A DNA stretch of 63,635 nt, counting the filler, from Platydemus manokwari (taxonomy: Eukaryota): assembly GCA_037951405.1 (NCBI GenBank). It is 6 parts of 6 records of this genome, joined end to end, with 100 filler letters (N's around TTAATTAATTAA, not from the genome) between each part and the next. Parts side by side here need not be neighbours in the genome. Positions count along the whole stretch, not along the records: positions 11,395 to 20,415 come from JBBMOY011313205.1; positions 20,516 to 31,936 come from JBBMOY010686652.1; 4 more parts are not named here. The stretch is one strand, 5' to 3'. A program made the translations under genes and the position numbers. Of the stretch, positions 11,395-25,410 are shown piece by piece. The stretch's first letter is position 1. Every line of letters starts with the position of its first letter. A model generated the notes under the pieces. That model saw only the letters and a list, made by a program, of their open reading frames with translations. It had not been told where the DNA came from and searched no databases.

Positions 11395-12733
11395 CTGCAA
11401 ATGGAAAATATTTTGATTGAATTTCATTAAATAAATATTTTAAAAAATGTTTTTGTTTTTTTTAAAAAAAAAAGCCGGAATCATACTAATACACCTAATA
11501 TTAATTTTAATAATTTCATAATAATATTAGTAAAATTTTAGTTTAAAACTCAATGTGAAGTGGTTTTTAAATAATTATATACATATATAATAATTCCATG
11601 ATTTGATATCAGTAACTAATTAGCTATAATCAACAAATACAATTGGCTTTCGGAATATTCGATTTTTATATGAGAATAAGGTTGCTATTAAATGGATATG
11701 TCCCATTGTGAGATATATTATAATCTGCAGGCAGCGCCAATCAGAAATACCAAGACAAGTGATAATAATAATAATGAATGTAAAAAAATGTGAGTGAATA
11801 GACATGACTATCAAATGACTCCATGTTGCGGATTGATAAATATTAAATCATCAAAGTAATCCAATAACATTTGCACATATCTCACTGGCTTGATTCGATA
11901 AAATATCATCTAAATATTATCAATTTATTAACCATGTATAAATGGATAATTCAATATTATATTTATCAATTGAAATCGATTAATAAACTGTAACCAACAA
12001 AACACTTCCAAAGAGAAAAATCTGTGAAAAATGTTTGTCAATTTATTGAGATATTATTTTCAAAATCATTCGATATTTTTCATCAAAATTAAAATAAATT
12101 TCAATCAATAATAAAAATGATCATAAAACTCAATCCCAATTAAATCGATTAATTTTATAACAAAGAGAATTTTATTTTTATAGGCAGCTTCAGCCGATTC
12201 GATTGATCTTTTTCGTTAATCAATATTACCGATTTTGATCTTAATGGCTTTATTTTAACGCTGGCAATTGACCATTTAAAAGTAATATTTGTAGATTATT
12301 TTAGTATCTTATTTTTTGTTCAATTGATAGATAGATAGTATTGTATCTTATATTACTACTAGTGTAGTTGCGTTTGAAAGGTAAAGTTTATGTATTTTGT
12401 TACTGGGTATTGTGATACAGGCTCAAGGAGTATCTATGCTGGTAGATTGATAGAAATGAAAGGGTATGATCACCGTTTTATTGATAATTTTTGGTTTTGC
12501 CCTAATAAATACGTATATGTAGGACATATGAGAAAGTTCAAATAAGAAGATTAGACTGCGTTAATTTCGAGTAGTTACACAAACGAAATATATGTTAACT
12601 CAGTTAATTAAAAGTCTACTATTGGTAAGAATCCGCTGTCTTTCACATACACACACGCACACACACTCATATATATAGTTTAGTTTTGTCTGGTTTCCAA
12701 ACTTCAGAAGGTTTTTATTTAATTTATTATGCC

Positions 12734-13927
12734 TGACTCCAGTAATCAGTATAATAAAATGATTTAAAGGATATTGAATATAAATAAACCACATAAAAAA
12801 CAGATGTAATATTATATATTTGTTCTAAAATAAAATAATCAATGATGAACACAATACAACTATTAGTAAGTAAGTTTTAACAATTAACCAGGAGATTTAC
12901 GTTTTAATTAGCTTTCGATTAATTATTAGCTATAGTTTCTTTGTTAAGATTTTACAAGATCCTCGTGTGGGGGTCTACAAGGTCCTAAGTGTTTCATTGA
13001 TGATAGTGATGGAATACTACTAGCCTGTGTTAAGTAGTATTTGGTGTGATGATTCAAAGATAATTCAACCAGTAATAACTCGTTGAATGATCAGTAAATT
13101 AGAATAATATGATTAAAACCAGAACAATGGAGATTCCACAAATGATCTGATTCTAAAGAAGTGATTGATTTTTAGCTTACAAACTCTTGTGGCTTTGCAA
13201 TTAATAATTTAGACCTGCAAATCTCAACGAGCATTGCGAGGGGATGTTGGAAATTGAAATAATAATATTTACCAATAGGTATAGATCACGAAGTATAAGA
13301 TTAAATAGATTGAGAATAATTAGAGGAGGATGCAGTCCCGAGTGAAGAATATCCTTAAGCTGAATTTGATGCTGATCCTGAGCTTATAAAATTAATATCC
13401 CAATTGATGCGCTGAACTGCTCCCAAAATAGATGTGATAATCGTAGAAAGATGAAGTTTCTTCCAGAATTAATTGATCGATGAATAGTGCGCTGACTGAG
13501 TGTTGAAATTGCTTGCAAATTTTGAGCGTGAAAATTGAATGCAAAGTTTCTCTCAGAAATTAATGTGAAAATTCCCCATTTTTGAATGGGTTTATATACC
13601 TATATTCTTTTGTGGGAGTGATGATTAATTTTTTCCTTAGTTATGTATTTACTTTACATGGTTACTAATGCTTTCGCTTTAGTAATATGCAAATCACCAT
13701 GGAGATGTGAATTTTTATTTAAAATTATCATGGCAACGCATAATTTAAAATTAATTTTTGGGTTTGATTGTTCATTTATTTTATCATGCTATTTATGTAG
13801 GTGGGATGTGGGCTGAATGTAGCCAACAGTAGCTGGGACCTAATAGTCCAGCAATTTCAAAGTTAACGATACTTAATTATTAAAAGTTAAAGTTTAGTTA
13901 GACAGTGGTTGGGCTTGACCCAAGACA
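12734..13927 (-). mobile_element. LTR (family B) with U3 promoter elements and PBS-like junction
   Basis: On the minus strand it starts with TG..TGGG-like termini (~13853-13927), has TATATAAA at 13591-13598 and ends at TGGAGTCA (12734-12741). Segments match 37600-38010 and 50262-50680. No TSD could be confirmed. Confidence 0.55.
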
Positions 13928-16900
13928 CCTGTTGGTAATTACATTCATTTTATAATTCATGCTAAATTTTTTAGAACAAAATTAATAAAGATTTACTTTT
14001 AATAACGCTCGAATTTTCGTCTAGTATCGATAATTTTACTCCTCTTGTTGTTGTTGGCGGTTATTTCCTTGACAATGTCTCATTCAATAATTTCCACGTT
14101 AGACAATAACTGAAGAATAACAGCTGTGTACGTTTTTTGATTATTTGTTTCAAGTGGTTCAAATCAATATTTTCCTGACGTCTGTTTAATCAATAGTTAA
14201 TCAGTAATAAATTTCTAATCTGTAACCTGTTTTTTAGAATCAATTTCATATGGGTGTTTTTCTGATTCATTGGTTTTCTTTTATACTCGTTTCTTCATGA
14301 TTTTCTAGCCTATCATCTTTATCATCTATTTTTGTATTTTTGCAAACTTATTTTTAGCAACTTCTATTTTATTGTACTATTTTATATTTAATAATTTATT
14401 TGTTCTATTTTTATTTAGGATTTATTAATTATTAATTTTTAAAGTTACGTTGTTGTTTCTATTTATAGGAGGGCCTGGAGCATATGGAAAGATTTTTAAA
14501 AAAAATTATATTTTATTCTTATTTTAGGGTATTTCTGTAGCCAACATTATATATATGGCATACATTTATGAGTGCTGAGCCCCTTTATGACCCGATTTTG
14601 TTGGCCGTTTTGTTTTATTGAATTGCGGTAAATTATATTTTACTTTATTGTGTGATGACTATAATAATCTAAAAATATATGTAAAAATATATAAAATTAT
14701 GATTATACAAACAATTCAAACACGAACAACTGTAAGTACGCCCATTGGGCTAGAGGAATTCTTTACTGCTGGACACACACACGTTCATATTCATGTAATG
14801 TGTGAATGATTTGCTTAAAAATCGACCATCGGAATTCGAGTCTCATCCAATGAACTTCAGAATCAGCAGTGTTATTTCAGGATTTTCGCCAATCTAATTC
14901 AGAAAAAAAAATTTTCAAAAATTGTTTTTGGTAAATTCGATATGAATAAGATTGGATAATATGGAGAATTACAAAAGTCATTATAAAAATCTATCAATAT
15001 CTTGTGTCACCTACATTGGTAAACAATTTTGTTTCTTTTTCTGTCTCATTCTAATCAGTAATTTGTAGCAAATTAATTTTATGAATCATTTTGAATTTTC
15101 TAAGTGATTTGTGAAATCTTTTTTCTGTGAATGATGTCGGAGAATAAACGGGATGAAGTAGACATAATAGTGAATGGAACAAATGACAGCTCCGAAAAAG
15201 AAATGTCAACTTTATGTTTGATTGGAAAATAAATAATATAATATAAATATAATATTGATATAAAATATGGACAAACAACGTTTCCATGGATATTGAATTT
15301 CACCGCTCTTTAATTGAACTCCATTAGTAGTGTATTGAATTTCTCAGCTCATTTTATTACTTTTTTCAGCCTCTGAATTCACATTGCCATGTGTAACGGC
15401 TTTATGTGCTTATCGCTGATGGGTATATTTTGGATTGAAAATGTAATGAGTTCTCCAGTCTATCTAGTATCATATAATTGGATAATCATTAGCCAATCTT
15501 TGATGATAAAATTGGTTAATAATAATTCTGATAAAAATATTATGTTAACAATATTTTAAAATTGAAGGCATTTTTATTATCAACATTGATTAAAAACGTA
15601 CTGTTTTAAATATTTTTTTAAAATTAAAATCAAAAATATTAAAAATTTCATTAAAAGGCGAATTGTAAAACTAAAGTTAAGATTTACAGCCTTTTTAATT
15701 TTATTAAGATATGATATCGTTAATAAAATTTTTACTATTAGCTATAATAACTAATCTATCACACACACAATTGTTATTGTTAATTCATTATAGTTAATAT
15801 GCTGTCAGTAAATCACTTGAATAATCCAACCACACCTCAGCAGTATGAAATCCATTGAGGTAAAGATTATAATTTTGTTAGGCCAGAAACTTTCGAATCT
15901 ATTGTTGTTGCGCTAAATATATTCTTTAGCTTCATTTTCATGATTTTAGTTGATAAACAACGCAACATAAACTTGATGATGCAGCAAAAAAAAATCATAT
16001 TTCACACAATAAAGCGTCGATTTAATTAAAATTAAAAACAAATTCGCAATCTTGAACTTTTAATAAAGTTGAATGAGATGCAGAAAATATAGCTCGAAGA
16101 ATTAACCTTGGAGATATAAAACTATTCTCTTGTTCTGAATGTTGCAGATCAAACCTTAAACAACTTAAGTATAATAATCATTGGTAACACCGCTTTGAAG
16201 AGTATTAGAATCACTACTCTCTTATTTAAAGACGAATTAACCAATTAGCTAGATAAGAACTCTATTCCCTCGAACCTAATAATATTTGACAGTTAAGTGT
16301 GACCATATTCAACATGTACCTTCAATAACTACAAACTGTTGCATAAGGTATTTTAAATATCCCCAATATTTTAATTTACAGAAAATTCAAAACAATTAAG
16401 AATCTTTTGAAAGACGATACTTATTAATTTGATTTTTAAAATATCCTGGAAACGAATAAAGATATTTTTAATAAAATTATACTCTCCTAAACTATCATCG
16501 ACAAATTTATTTCAGATCTTTTTTTTAATAAATTAAATACAAATTCATTGATATTCTTGGCATATTTTCTCACGCATGATGTTTTCGTGCATAGTGTGAT
16601 TGTGAGCATTGTAAGCACATTGATAATTTCATTCACAAATCAACTCACATCGAAATCAAGGTATCACTTACAACCTTTGAAATTCATATTGTTCAGAAGC
16701 TAATTATCAGCTCTAAGTAAGTTTACAACCATATCGATATTGTCTAAGTTTATACAAAGCCAGAGTGGTTTCACAGTTAAACTGCCATAAATTATAAATT
16801 CCAAAAATTTTCCTTTATTAATTTTGACTTTTATATTTTCATGACATTTTTCAAGTATTTTATCATGGCATCTGCACATAGATTTCTTATTTTTAAATCA

Positions 16901-17519
16901 GTCTGATCATTTCGGTAATATCAATAGATGAAGTTCATTTGAGACATTGAAATTTTTTAGAACCAAATAACAGAACAATTAAATATATTTTATTACTGTT
17001 AATAACAATAGATAATTAAAAGTTAAGATGTAATTAAAAAGTAATTATGGTTTCTAACAATGATATGAGAGCGTTTTAACAACTAAGGAGTTAATGAATG
17101 AAGATGGTGTTCTATCCCTAGAGGACCACTGGTGGCTAGATATGACTAGATATGAATAACAAACTGCGTAGTTGATGTGATGTGATCACGGTAATGTCAT
17201 ATTATTCAATAAATATTTTATTATGAATCACTGAAGGAATTGTGTTTAAAAATTCTGTCAAAATCAGACCAATTGGTTTGAGAAAAAATGACAAACTAGA
17301 AAGACAGTTTTTGTTTTTGACATTTTAAACTATTTTTCAAATGATCTTTATTTGATTTTTATAAATAAATATAATTTAATTAATTTTAATATTATTTTAA
17401 ATTTTATTTAAATATTTTTAAAATGTTTAATAAATTTTTAAACATTTCTCACGTCCTACTTCTATAAAAGCTTTGATTTCCCGTGAATTTCTTTTAATCT
17501 TTGTACTATTGTCACATTG

Positions 17520-18720
17520 TCATTGATACTTCATTTCGGGGTAATTTCACATCACCTCATACGCGCCATCATATCTTTCTTTGTTTTTGTTTTGAACATC
17601 TTATTATACCAATATTTTATCGCCTATCTTGAATTTGCGTCCTCTTATTTCTGCCTTTTATCTATTGTTTTTCCTTGATTCATCTTTTGATATTTTACCT
17701 ATCTATATTACTATTTGCATGCCACTGGAATCTGTCTTCCAAATATAACTTTTGTCTGAATAACATTAATCCGTTTTATACCACCACATTCAATGCGTAC
17801 TCTATTCCTGGTAGTATTGAAACACAATTCGTGGGCTATTTATCTTTAAACATCTTATTTATATTGTCTCATCGTTTTAAAATTGTCTTTCAACTCATTC
17901 ACTTGAGTTGTGATGATATGTACTCGAAAAATAATAATTATTTTCCTTCCTAAAAGTCATCTCTTTGATTTTTTGTTATTCAAAGCATTTAGCACAATCT
18001 AAATGTATTTCTTTTGGTGAACCGTATTTTATAACTCATTTATTCTAAATTGCTTTATCTGTTGTTACATCATTTCGTTTATTTATTGGTCCAAGTGATA
18101 TATATATCTGCTAAATCGGTCTTTAATACCTACTATATAATTTTCTCCCTCAAACGATTCTTTCCAAAGAACCACAAATATCAATATACTTTTTTCCAAA
18201 GATTCTAATGCTTATTGGTGTTCCTTCGTTAAAATAGTTGATTTCTCTGTTCCTACATGACAACAATTATAAGTTTAATTTATCATTTCTCTTTTTTTAA
18301 ATGATCGCATCCAAATTTTTTATCTTCTTTGATATTTTTTTCGAATAAATAATGATCACTTCGAGCTCTTTCTTATATCATTTTTAATTATTTCTATCTC
18401 TTCATTTTTTATTTACGATTCTTTTTGTATATTCTCAGTCATCGTTGTTAGTATTATGTTCTTTATTTTTCTTTTTTTTGAATCCTCATGTTTATCCAAG
18501 CATTGTGAATGTGCGCTACACCTATTATTCCATAACTAATACCATTTCTAAAAATCATCTTTATATTCAAACTAATCAGACAATTCAACTATGTCTGGAA
18601 TTGTGGTGTTGTTGAATTCTTTGTGCTTAACATGGTTCTAGTTGGTTTGTGATATTCGCCTAGTATGAATCGTTTGTCACCCAGATAGTGATTTAAATGA
18701 CGATAAAAAATATATAGTCA
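17520..18720 (-). mobile_element. Ty3/Gypsy pol relic (RNase H C-terminus, integrase core, GPY/F)
   Basis: Minus-strand translation gives HYLGDKRFILGEYHKP (RNase H end), YIDICGS, YIVGIKDRFSRY, KYGSPKEIHLDC, SSTYHHNSSE*VERQF, LPGIEYALN and KFKIGDKILV...RYDGAYEV. RH-then-IN order; many stops and frameshifts. Confidence 0.85.
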
Positions 18721-18809
18721 GTGATTCCTTCTTATCAGAGATTTCTTTCCTTCTCATGTTTGTTCATTGCATGGGATTTGTATGCAATTGTCCATTTCCT
18801 TGGTCATCT

Positions 18810-19150
18810 TTTTATGATGGAACTGCACCTACAAAGAAAACATAAACGTCTGTTACTTTCAATGATGTTGAAAACGACGATTTGAGAGTTAAACAATAGG
18901 TTCATCAAGCAACAAACTACGGAAAGTAGACAAACTCTTGCTTCAGTTTTAAGATAAAAGTTAATCTCATATAAGTGATAACTCAGAATCGGTCCAATAA
19001 TAGATAAAACAAGGATACCGAAGTACCACATAAAATAGTCAATGGACACGACAATAAAAACTATTATAGTCAAAAAAGGCTCTCGATTTAGACGAGGAGA
19101 AAATTTCAAAGGCTTAGAAGACACATCGAATACTACGACTCAAATACCAA
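18810..19150 (+). mobile_element. Possible RTE-like LINE 3' fragment
   Basis: Degenerate translation (LQRKHKRLL..MMLK, RIGPIIDKTR, GHD, DLDE) loosely follows the RTE ORF C-terminus. Weak. Confidence 0.3.
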
Positions 19151-20415
19151 TACTGAAAAAACTCGGAAAACAATCAAAATAACGGCGATCTTTCATTCAA
19201 ATATCTCATCAACCTAATTCTCATGTATGATTAGAGTAGGAATAAATGATGAGTTAACACTAAAAGGCAATTTGGACCATCAAATAAGCTCAGAGTGTTC
19301 CTTATTAAATGGTTCTCCGGAGAGCATATAAATATAAAAAACAAAATTTATATTGGCTGCCATGGAATGTAAATATTATTTTAAAAGAAATTTTACTTTG
19401 AATCAAGTTGACAATACCTCAAAAGAAATAAACTATGAAACTATTATATTTGCTGGAAAAACGGATCATACTTATGATCGGGAAAGAAGAAAGGATGTCA
19501 TTGATTAACTAGCATATTATGAAAGTAAAATACAAATATTAATAAAAAATTACCAAAGAATTTTAATAGCAACTGTAATTAAATGATCATCATTGTGGCC
19601 TATTTGTGATTATATATATATAAAATATTTCCAAAGAAAAGGAACATAATAATAATCAGATAATGTGACAAGAAAAGCACAAGTCATTTAAAATTCAATA
19701 TTCTAAAAAACCTAATAGTAACAACCTGTGTGTCAAATTTCAACAAAAAAATTATGGTTACATGCTATCAAAAGTGCCAACACTTCATGTATCAGTAGAT
19801 GTGACAGTATTTAGTACCTAATAAAAACGGAAGTGAAATTAACACCTCTTTGCATTCTTTCTCCTTATTGAGCATTTGAGATGACATATGAAGTAAAAGC
19901 GTCGACTGCTGCCCAATCAAAATAAGTCTAGAAAATCATTTTGGGAAAAATAATCGAAAATGAATGCTTGGCTACACTCCTAAAGAAACGGAAATTTCAC
20001 AGTCTCCGTCTTCTAAAGCATTCCAGTCTTCAGCTTATCGAGAGATAGACTCCCAAATATCTCAACCTCAATCGTATCAAAAGCTATCTATGGCCTCAAC
20101 ATAAGCCCCAACTCAAGTCCAAACCACAGAATCTCAACGGAAGGTTGAGAATAATGAGCAGAAATGTTGGGGTTTTATAAGATATGATATAAGTAAATGA
20201 AATTAAAACGAAATTTTGGTATTATAATTCTACGATAAAGCTATAACGTTCGGATTTGAATATAATATGAAGGTAGGTTGCGATTTGGCTCCCAACAGAA
20301 TCTGTTCCAATCAGATACGCAGGAAATGTTCAAATCATTCTCAAACTATAATAATAATAATATTTAAAATATAGATATTAGTAAAATATGGGTCTACCTG
20401 AAAATATTAAAATCA

Positions 20416-20515
20416 NNNNNNNNNNNNNNNNNNNNNNNNNNNNNNNNNNNNNNNNNNNNTTAATTAATTAANNNNNNNNNNNNNNNNNNNNNNNNNNNNN
20501 NNNNNNNNNNNNNNN
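20416..20515. other. Artificial contig linker
   Basis: N44-TTAATTAATTAA-N44. Confidence 0.99.
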
Positions 20516-22155
20516 GGGTTCAAGCCATAGATTCAAATGGTCTTTACTTTGAAACTTAATTGTTTTCCATTTGTTGTAAAATTATGTTTAAACTTTTAAT
20601 AAAAAATCGGAAAGAACTTTTGGTTCACCATAATACTTGAACCACATAAACTTAGTTTTCATACTCCTACATTCAGTTTGCATATACTTATAAGGAGGGT
20701 GATTGAAACTTTGTTATCAGTTTCTTGGCAAAAAATAAAGTTAATTATTTGGTTTTGATTTTATATAACATGAATAAGCATTATAATCAATATTTTTAAT
20801 TCGTATTCCCGAAATTATATCGTTTTATTGCTCCATAATTATTCCTCTATTGATATTTTGTCAATCGTTTTAAAAAATCAAAGTTGCCACACAACTTCAA
20901 TATTTCGATAATGACAAGGATTTAATTTTGTCTCTTTTCCAATATAAATCTTAAAGTCTTAATCAATTTAGTTATGATCATAAATGGTGATGATGTTTTT
21001 TAAATAATTTTTGACTTTTACTTGAACAATTTCTTTTTATTTGATTTAGCTGTTTTAGCTATCAAATTAATTATATTTCTCAAATATTATTTTCATATTA
21101 ATGATGCATACCGTTTCGTTTATAAATTACAATTTCGCTGAATATTTTCTCGCTTATGATCATAGTCGATTTACAATATTTACTTAAATTAAGCGGCCTT
21201 AAATGAGGGATTCCAGATACAAGCAATTCAATATAAAACATCTGTACGGTTTTTCAAAATTATTTTTTAATTAATGAATTACATTGTCTACTTTAGCCAA
21301 CATTCATATTTTTTAACTCTATTTAATGTATGCAACAACTAAGCCCAAAATAAATAGAGAAAAGGAGATTAAAATCAGTATTTAAATACTGAAGTAATAC
21401 CTTGATTGAAATACACACAGACAGGCGAAACATTAATTATCAGTACTCAATCAGAGATTTAAAGATTGTTTCATCACGATCTGATCGTTCAAAAAGAAAC
21501 ATGCATCTTAATACTTCAATAGAAAATAGAAACTATGATTCAAAATCAAGCACATTGTATACAAATTAAAATTCAAGTTTTCACATATATTTTAGCCTAT
21601 AAACTAAACCAATTCAACGGTATTCACCAGTCATTTTGATTGGTAATTTAATGTAAATTCTTTATCACTCCGAATCATTTTTGTGTGCATTTTTATTTCC
21701 TGGTGCTTTAATTGACTGAAACTTTGTTGGGAAATAATAAAATTTTATTATTCTTACAATTGTGTCCTTTAATTGTATAGCAGATCTATTCAAATTCTTA
21801 ACAATATTATCTTGATTATATAGATTAAGCTAAGTTCTGATAGCTTAATTAAATATACTACTCAACAGAATGAATTCGTCTGTGGTCAACTAAATTTCTT
21901 TGAGGAATAATAACTGGTGTAAAACCAGTCTCACCAGAACTATTATCAGCAGTAACTGTTAGCATATTATATCTAAGTCTAATTTACTACATTGAAAACA
22001 TACACATAATATTTATTTATACACAATTTCCATAAATAATATTCAAAGCAAATTACAAGCAATTTTATTTACACTAAGCGATATAAAACGAGGCAAAGGA
22101 TGTTTTACGAAGAACTTAAGAACGTTATTGGCTCAGAGATTTTAAATTATAGAAG

Positions 22156-22161
<6 letters not shown>

Positions 22162-22188
<27 letters not shown>
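22162..22188. repeat. (TA)n microsatellite
   Basis: About 13 perfect TA units. Confidence 0.95.
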
Positions 22189-22194
<6 letters not shown>

Positions 22195-24310
22195 CGATTT
22201 AGCTTAAAGCGTAATTATCTAAGATTTTAAATAGCAATAAAACAAAACCTGTTAGACTTCAAATGTTTCCGATTTCAAGATTCTTCTAATTCCGCTTATA
22301 ATTTACTCTTCAATTCAGAAGGTTTACCAAGTACTAAATTCTTAATTTAAAATTATTGATTCACAAATGGATTCTATCAACTTACCTAATTCACTATCTT
22401 ATTATTTATTTCACCAGAGATTAGTTCTATTCCACTCTACAATTACTACTGCACAGTATTTATACTAGGTTGTTTATTCAAAATAGACGTGTTTTATAAT
22501 TAGTTTGTCAGTCGTGAAGATCCTATTCCTAATCAAGCTGGCAGTAACTCTTGAATAAAATCCATTTTATAATATGGAATTCTAGTCTTTTAATTTTCAA
22601 TTATATTTTAAGACAGAAAGTTCCAATTTATTTCAAAAACAGCTCATAGGGGTTAAATTACTGTAATTTTTGAGAATTTCCATACTCTGAATATAAGAAT
22701 TACAAAAGATACTCATGAAGATTTTACAACATAAGACAAGATTAATATAAATGAATTTCAAATATTTGAAAAATTATTAAATTTGTTTTAATTAAATTTT
22801 TTAATTGTATAGAAACTAAATAAATAATTTTTTAAATTTTTTTGAAATATGAAACGAAGTAATTACATTCGAATCTTGATTGCTGCGAAAAGAATTCAAA
22901 CGCGATAATTTTATTTATTAATAATTAGAATGGAAAAAATACTAAAGAATAATGGATAACTCCATAAGTTTCAAACCTCACATGCAAATAACCTTGGTTA
23001 AGATATATTCCAAAATATTGTTTTATACAGCTATCAAACTTTAGTAAAATTTTATCTTTTAAAAGGTAGTTTTAAACAAAAGCGTATGCCTAAATAAAAA
23101 TTAAACTATAACTATGACCTTAACTAGCAAAATATGAATAAATTTACTATTATTTTGTTTACCACTTATATTTTAACGAATTTACAATAATATAATTAAA
23201 TTATTTATGGACCCTACAGATATTTTCTAAGACAACTATCCAAATCGAACGGAATGCATAATATCCGCCAAAAGGAAACATGGCCGTGAGTTAATCATTG
23301 GGTTCAGTATTTAAATCTTACTTCCTCAATCATTGTAACGACATTATCACACCTGAATTATTTTATCAATTACTGAACAAGAAATTCCCAACTTCTCTTC
23401 CATCAATTGTTGAAATAATTGACACCAAGTACAGAAACAATCATACAATTTGCATGGAACAGGTGTCAATTGATTTTATTGAAATTTTTTCAACTTGGAT
23501 TTGGTTAAAACAATTATATAATGGACTCATTATTTGATGGACAAGCAAACTTATTTCCAAATCACGAAAATGAAAACTAATACAATACATTCTAAAACGA
23601 AACTCTTCTTCAGGATAGAGAAAATTAAATCTCTTTAATAAACTGAGATGTACAAAACGTGTCAATGTAAAACCCTTGTTAAGAAAATCTTAGTGTTGGT
23701 GACAAACACTTATCAATACTTTTTGTTGACCAGTTTCAATAGCCTCGTTCAAATTGACAAGCAAGATATTTAAGATGATCTACAACTTGTCGCAAAAAAG
23801 ATTTGATAATTTCTTCGTGACAATTTACCAAGTACTATCCAAGAATTCCAAATATCATCATTCTTAACTTTTCAAGATTTGATAATCCCCATTGGCTAAT
23901 TTTTATTAATCACAATTGGACAAAATTATTTTTTATTTATGCTTTCGATTGTTAGAGCCATTGAACCAATGAAGTTGAATCAACTCAAGTCGCCTGTCAG
24001 TTGATATTAATGAAATAAATCATTACGTTCAGTGATGATTATCAATTAGCTTTGGCAATTCTCTCTTAATAATAAAAATTTTAAATCGACTTCATTTAAA
24101 CATGATAGGATGTTGCGGTTTTTATGCTAATTTATAGAGAATATAACTGATAATCATAAAGATAATCGTATAGTTCAATTAAATATTGAAGAAGTCCACA
24201 CACACGCAATCAATAAAAATTAACCAACTGCAAACGACTAACATTTAACAAGAAATCAATATTTGCCTTCAACCTACTCAATTATTCATCCAACATGAAA
24301 AGCGAAACCA

Positions 24311-24622
24311 TTAATCATTAATATTTATATCAAAATCTTCATACATCTTCTTGACTGTACATTGTTTGATATCGGCTAATAAACCTAATATCTTCGTAGT
24401 CAGATCTTTTATATCATTATATTGGTGTAATTGATCGATTATCTCATCTAATTCCGATAAATCAAATCCTTCATTTTTGAACAGTTCAATTTTCTCATCC
24501 AGTTCCTGTTCTTTTTCTAATAAACTGACATAAAGATCATCATTATTTTCATTATCTTGATCCGTTTCGTTTTTTATCTTTTTTATTAATGGGGACTTGA
24601 ACGGAGCATTAGCACGCTTCAT
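24311..24622 (-). CDS. SWI5: DNA repair protein SWI5 (Swi5/Sae3 family), 103 aa
   Basis: Intact ORF with the family signature IDQLHQYNDIKDLTTKILGLLADIKQCTVKKMYEDF (cf. HIxxLHxYNDIKDxGQxLxGxLAxxRxVTxKxLYxEF) and an N-terminal FKSP motif. Confidence 0.93.
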   Translation of the reverse strand: MKRANAPFKSPLIKKIKNETDQDNENNDDLYVSLLEKEQELDEKIELFKNEGFDLSELDEIIDQLHQYNDIKDLTTKILGLLADIKQCTVKKMYEDFDININD

Positions 24623-25410
24623 TTCTAAAATTTTAATTAATTAATTCAACTAACAATTAAAATAAATCATCAAATCAAACAATCCTCTCCAATCACGATA
24701 GCTAATTAAGAAAGAAAATCAAAAATAAAACAAAAGCAAATCTTTTTATTCAAAAAATAACATCTAATTTTGATAGGCACAATTATCGACGGCAATTTTC
24801 ACATAAAAATGCAAAACTTTTCTCTTTGTCGATTTTAACACAATGAAGATGATACCAACGAATTTCACAACCAGAATTGATACATTCAACCATTTCCCCA
24901 TATGCATTATCGTTGCAAAAACAAACTTTCTTTTCTCTTAAGAATTTTTCCGTTAATTAAAACAAATAATTTTAAAAAATTAAAATTTCAAATTTGGCTT
25001 TCAAAAACTACAACAGACAAAGATATTCAACAAATTTGAAAGGGTTACACCACTAAAATAACATGTTTTCTGTTAAAAAAAATTTTGATCAATCAATAGT
25101 GAAAACAAATTACAAAATTTTCTGTATGCATTGATTATTTTGCATTCTATTTTACAATTTCATAATAAGATTTTCGAAAATAAAACAATTTAGCCCATCT
25201 ACACCCACCGTTGCTTTAACAGAACTAAGAATAATCAATGGTAAATAGTTTTCCTTTGGGATTTCAAACATCGAGTTGAAACAATAGCCCAAATATGAAT
25301 TAAAATGCACAAGAATTTATTTTCAAGAATTCTCATTTTTATTTAAATTAATTGAAATATATATAAATCATTAACGGTAACATTAAATCAGATCTATTAA
25401 CGCGTATTAA

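Noticed and set aside
23208-23900. Coding-like + strand segment including ORF 23298-23537
   Set aside because: Interrupted by stops, with no recognisable motif or convincing splice model.
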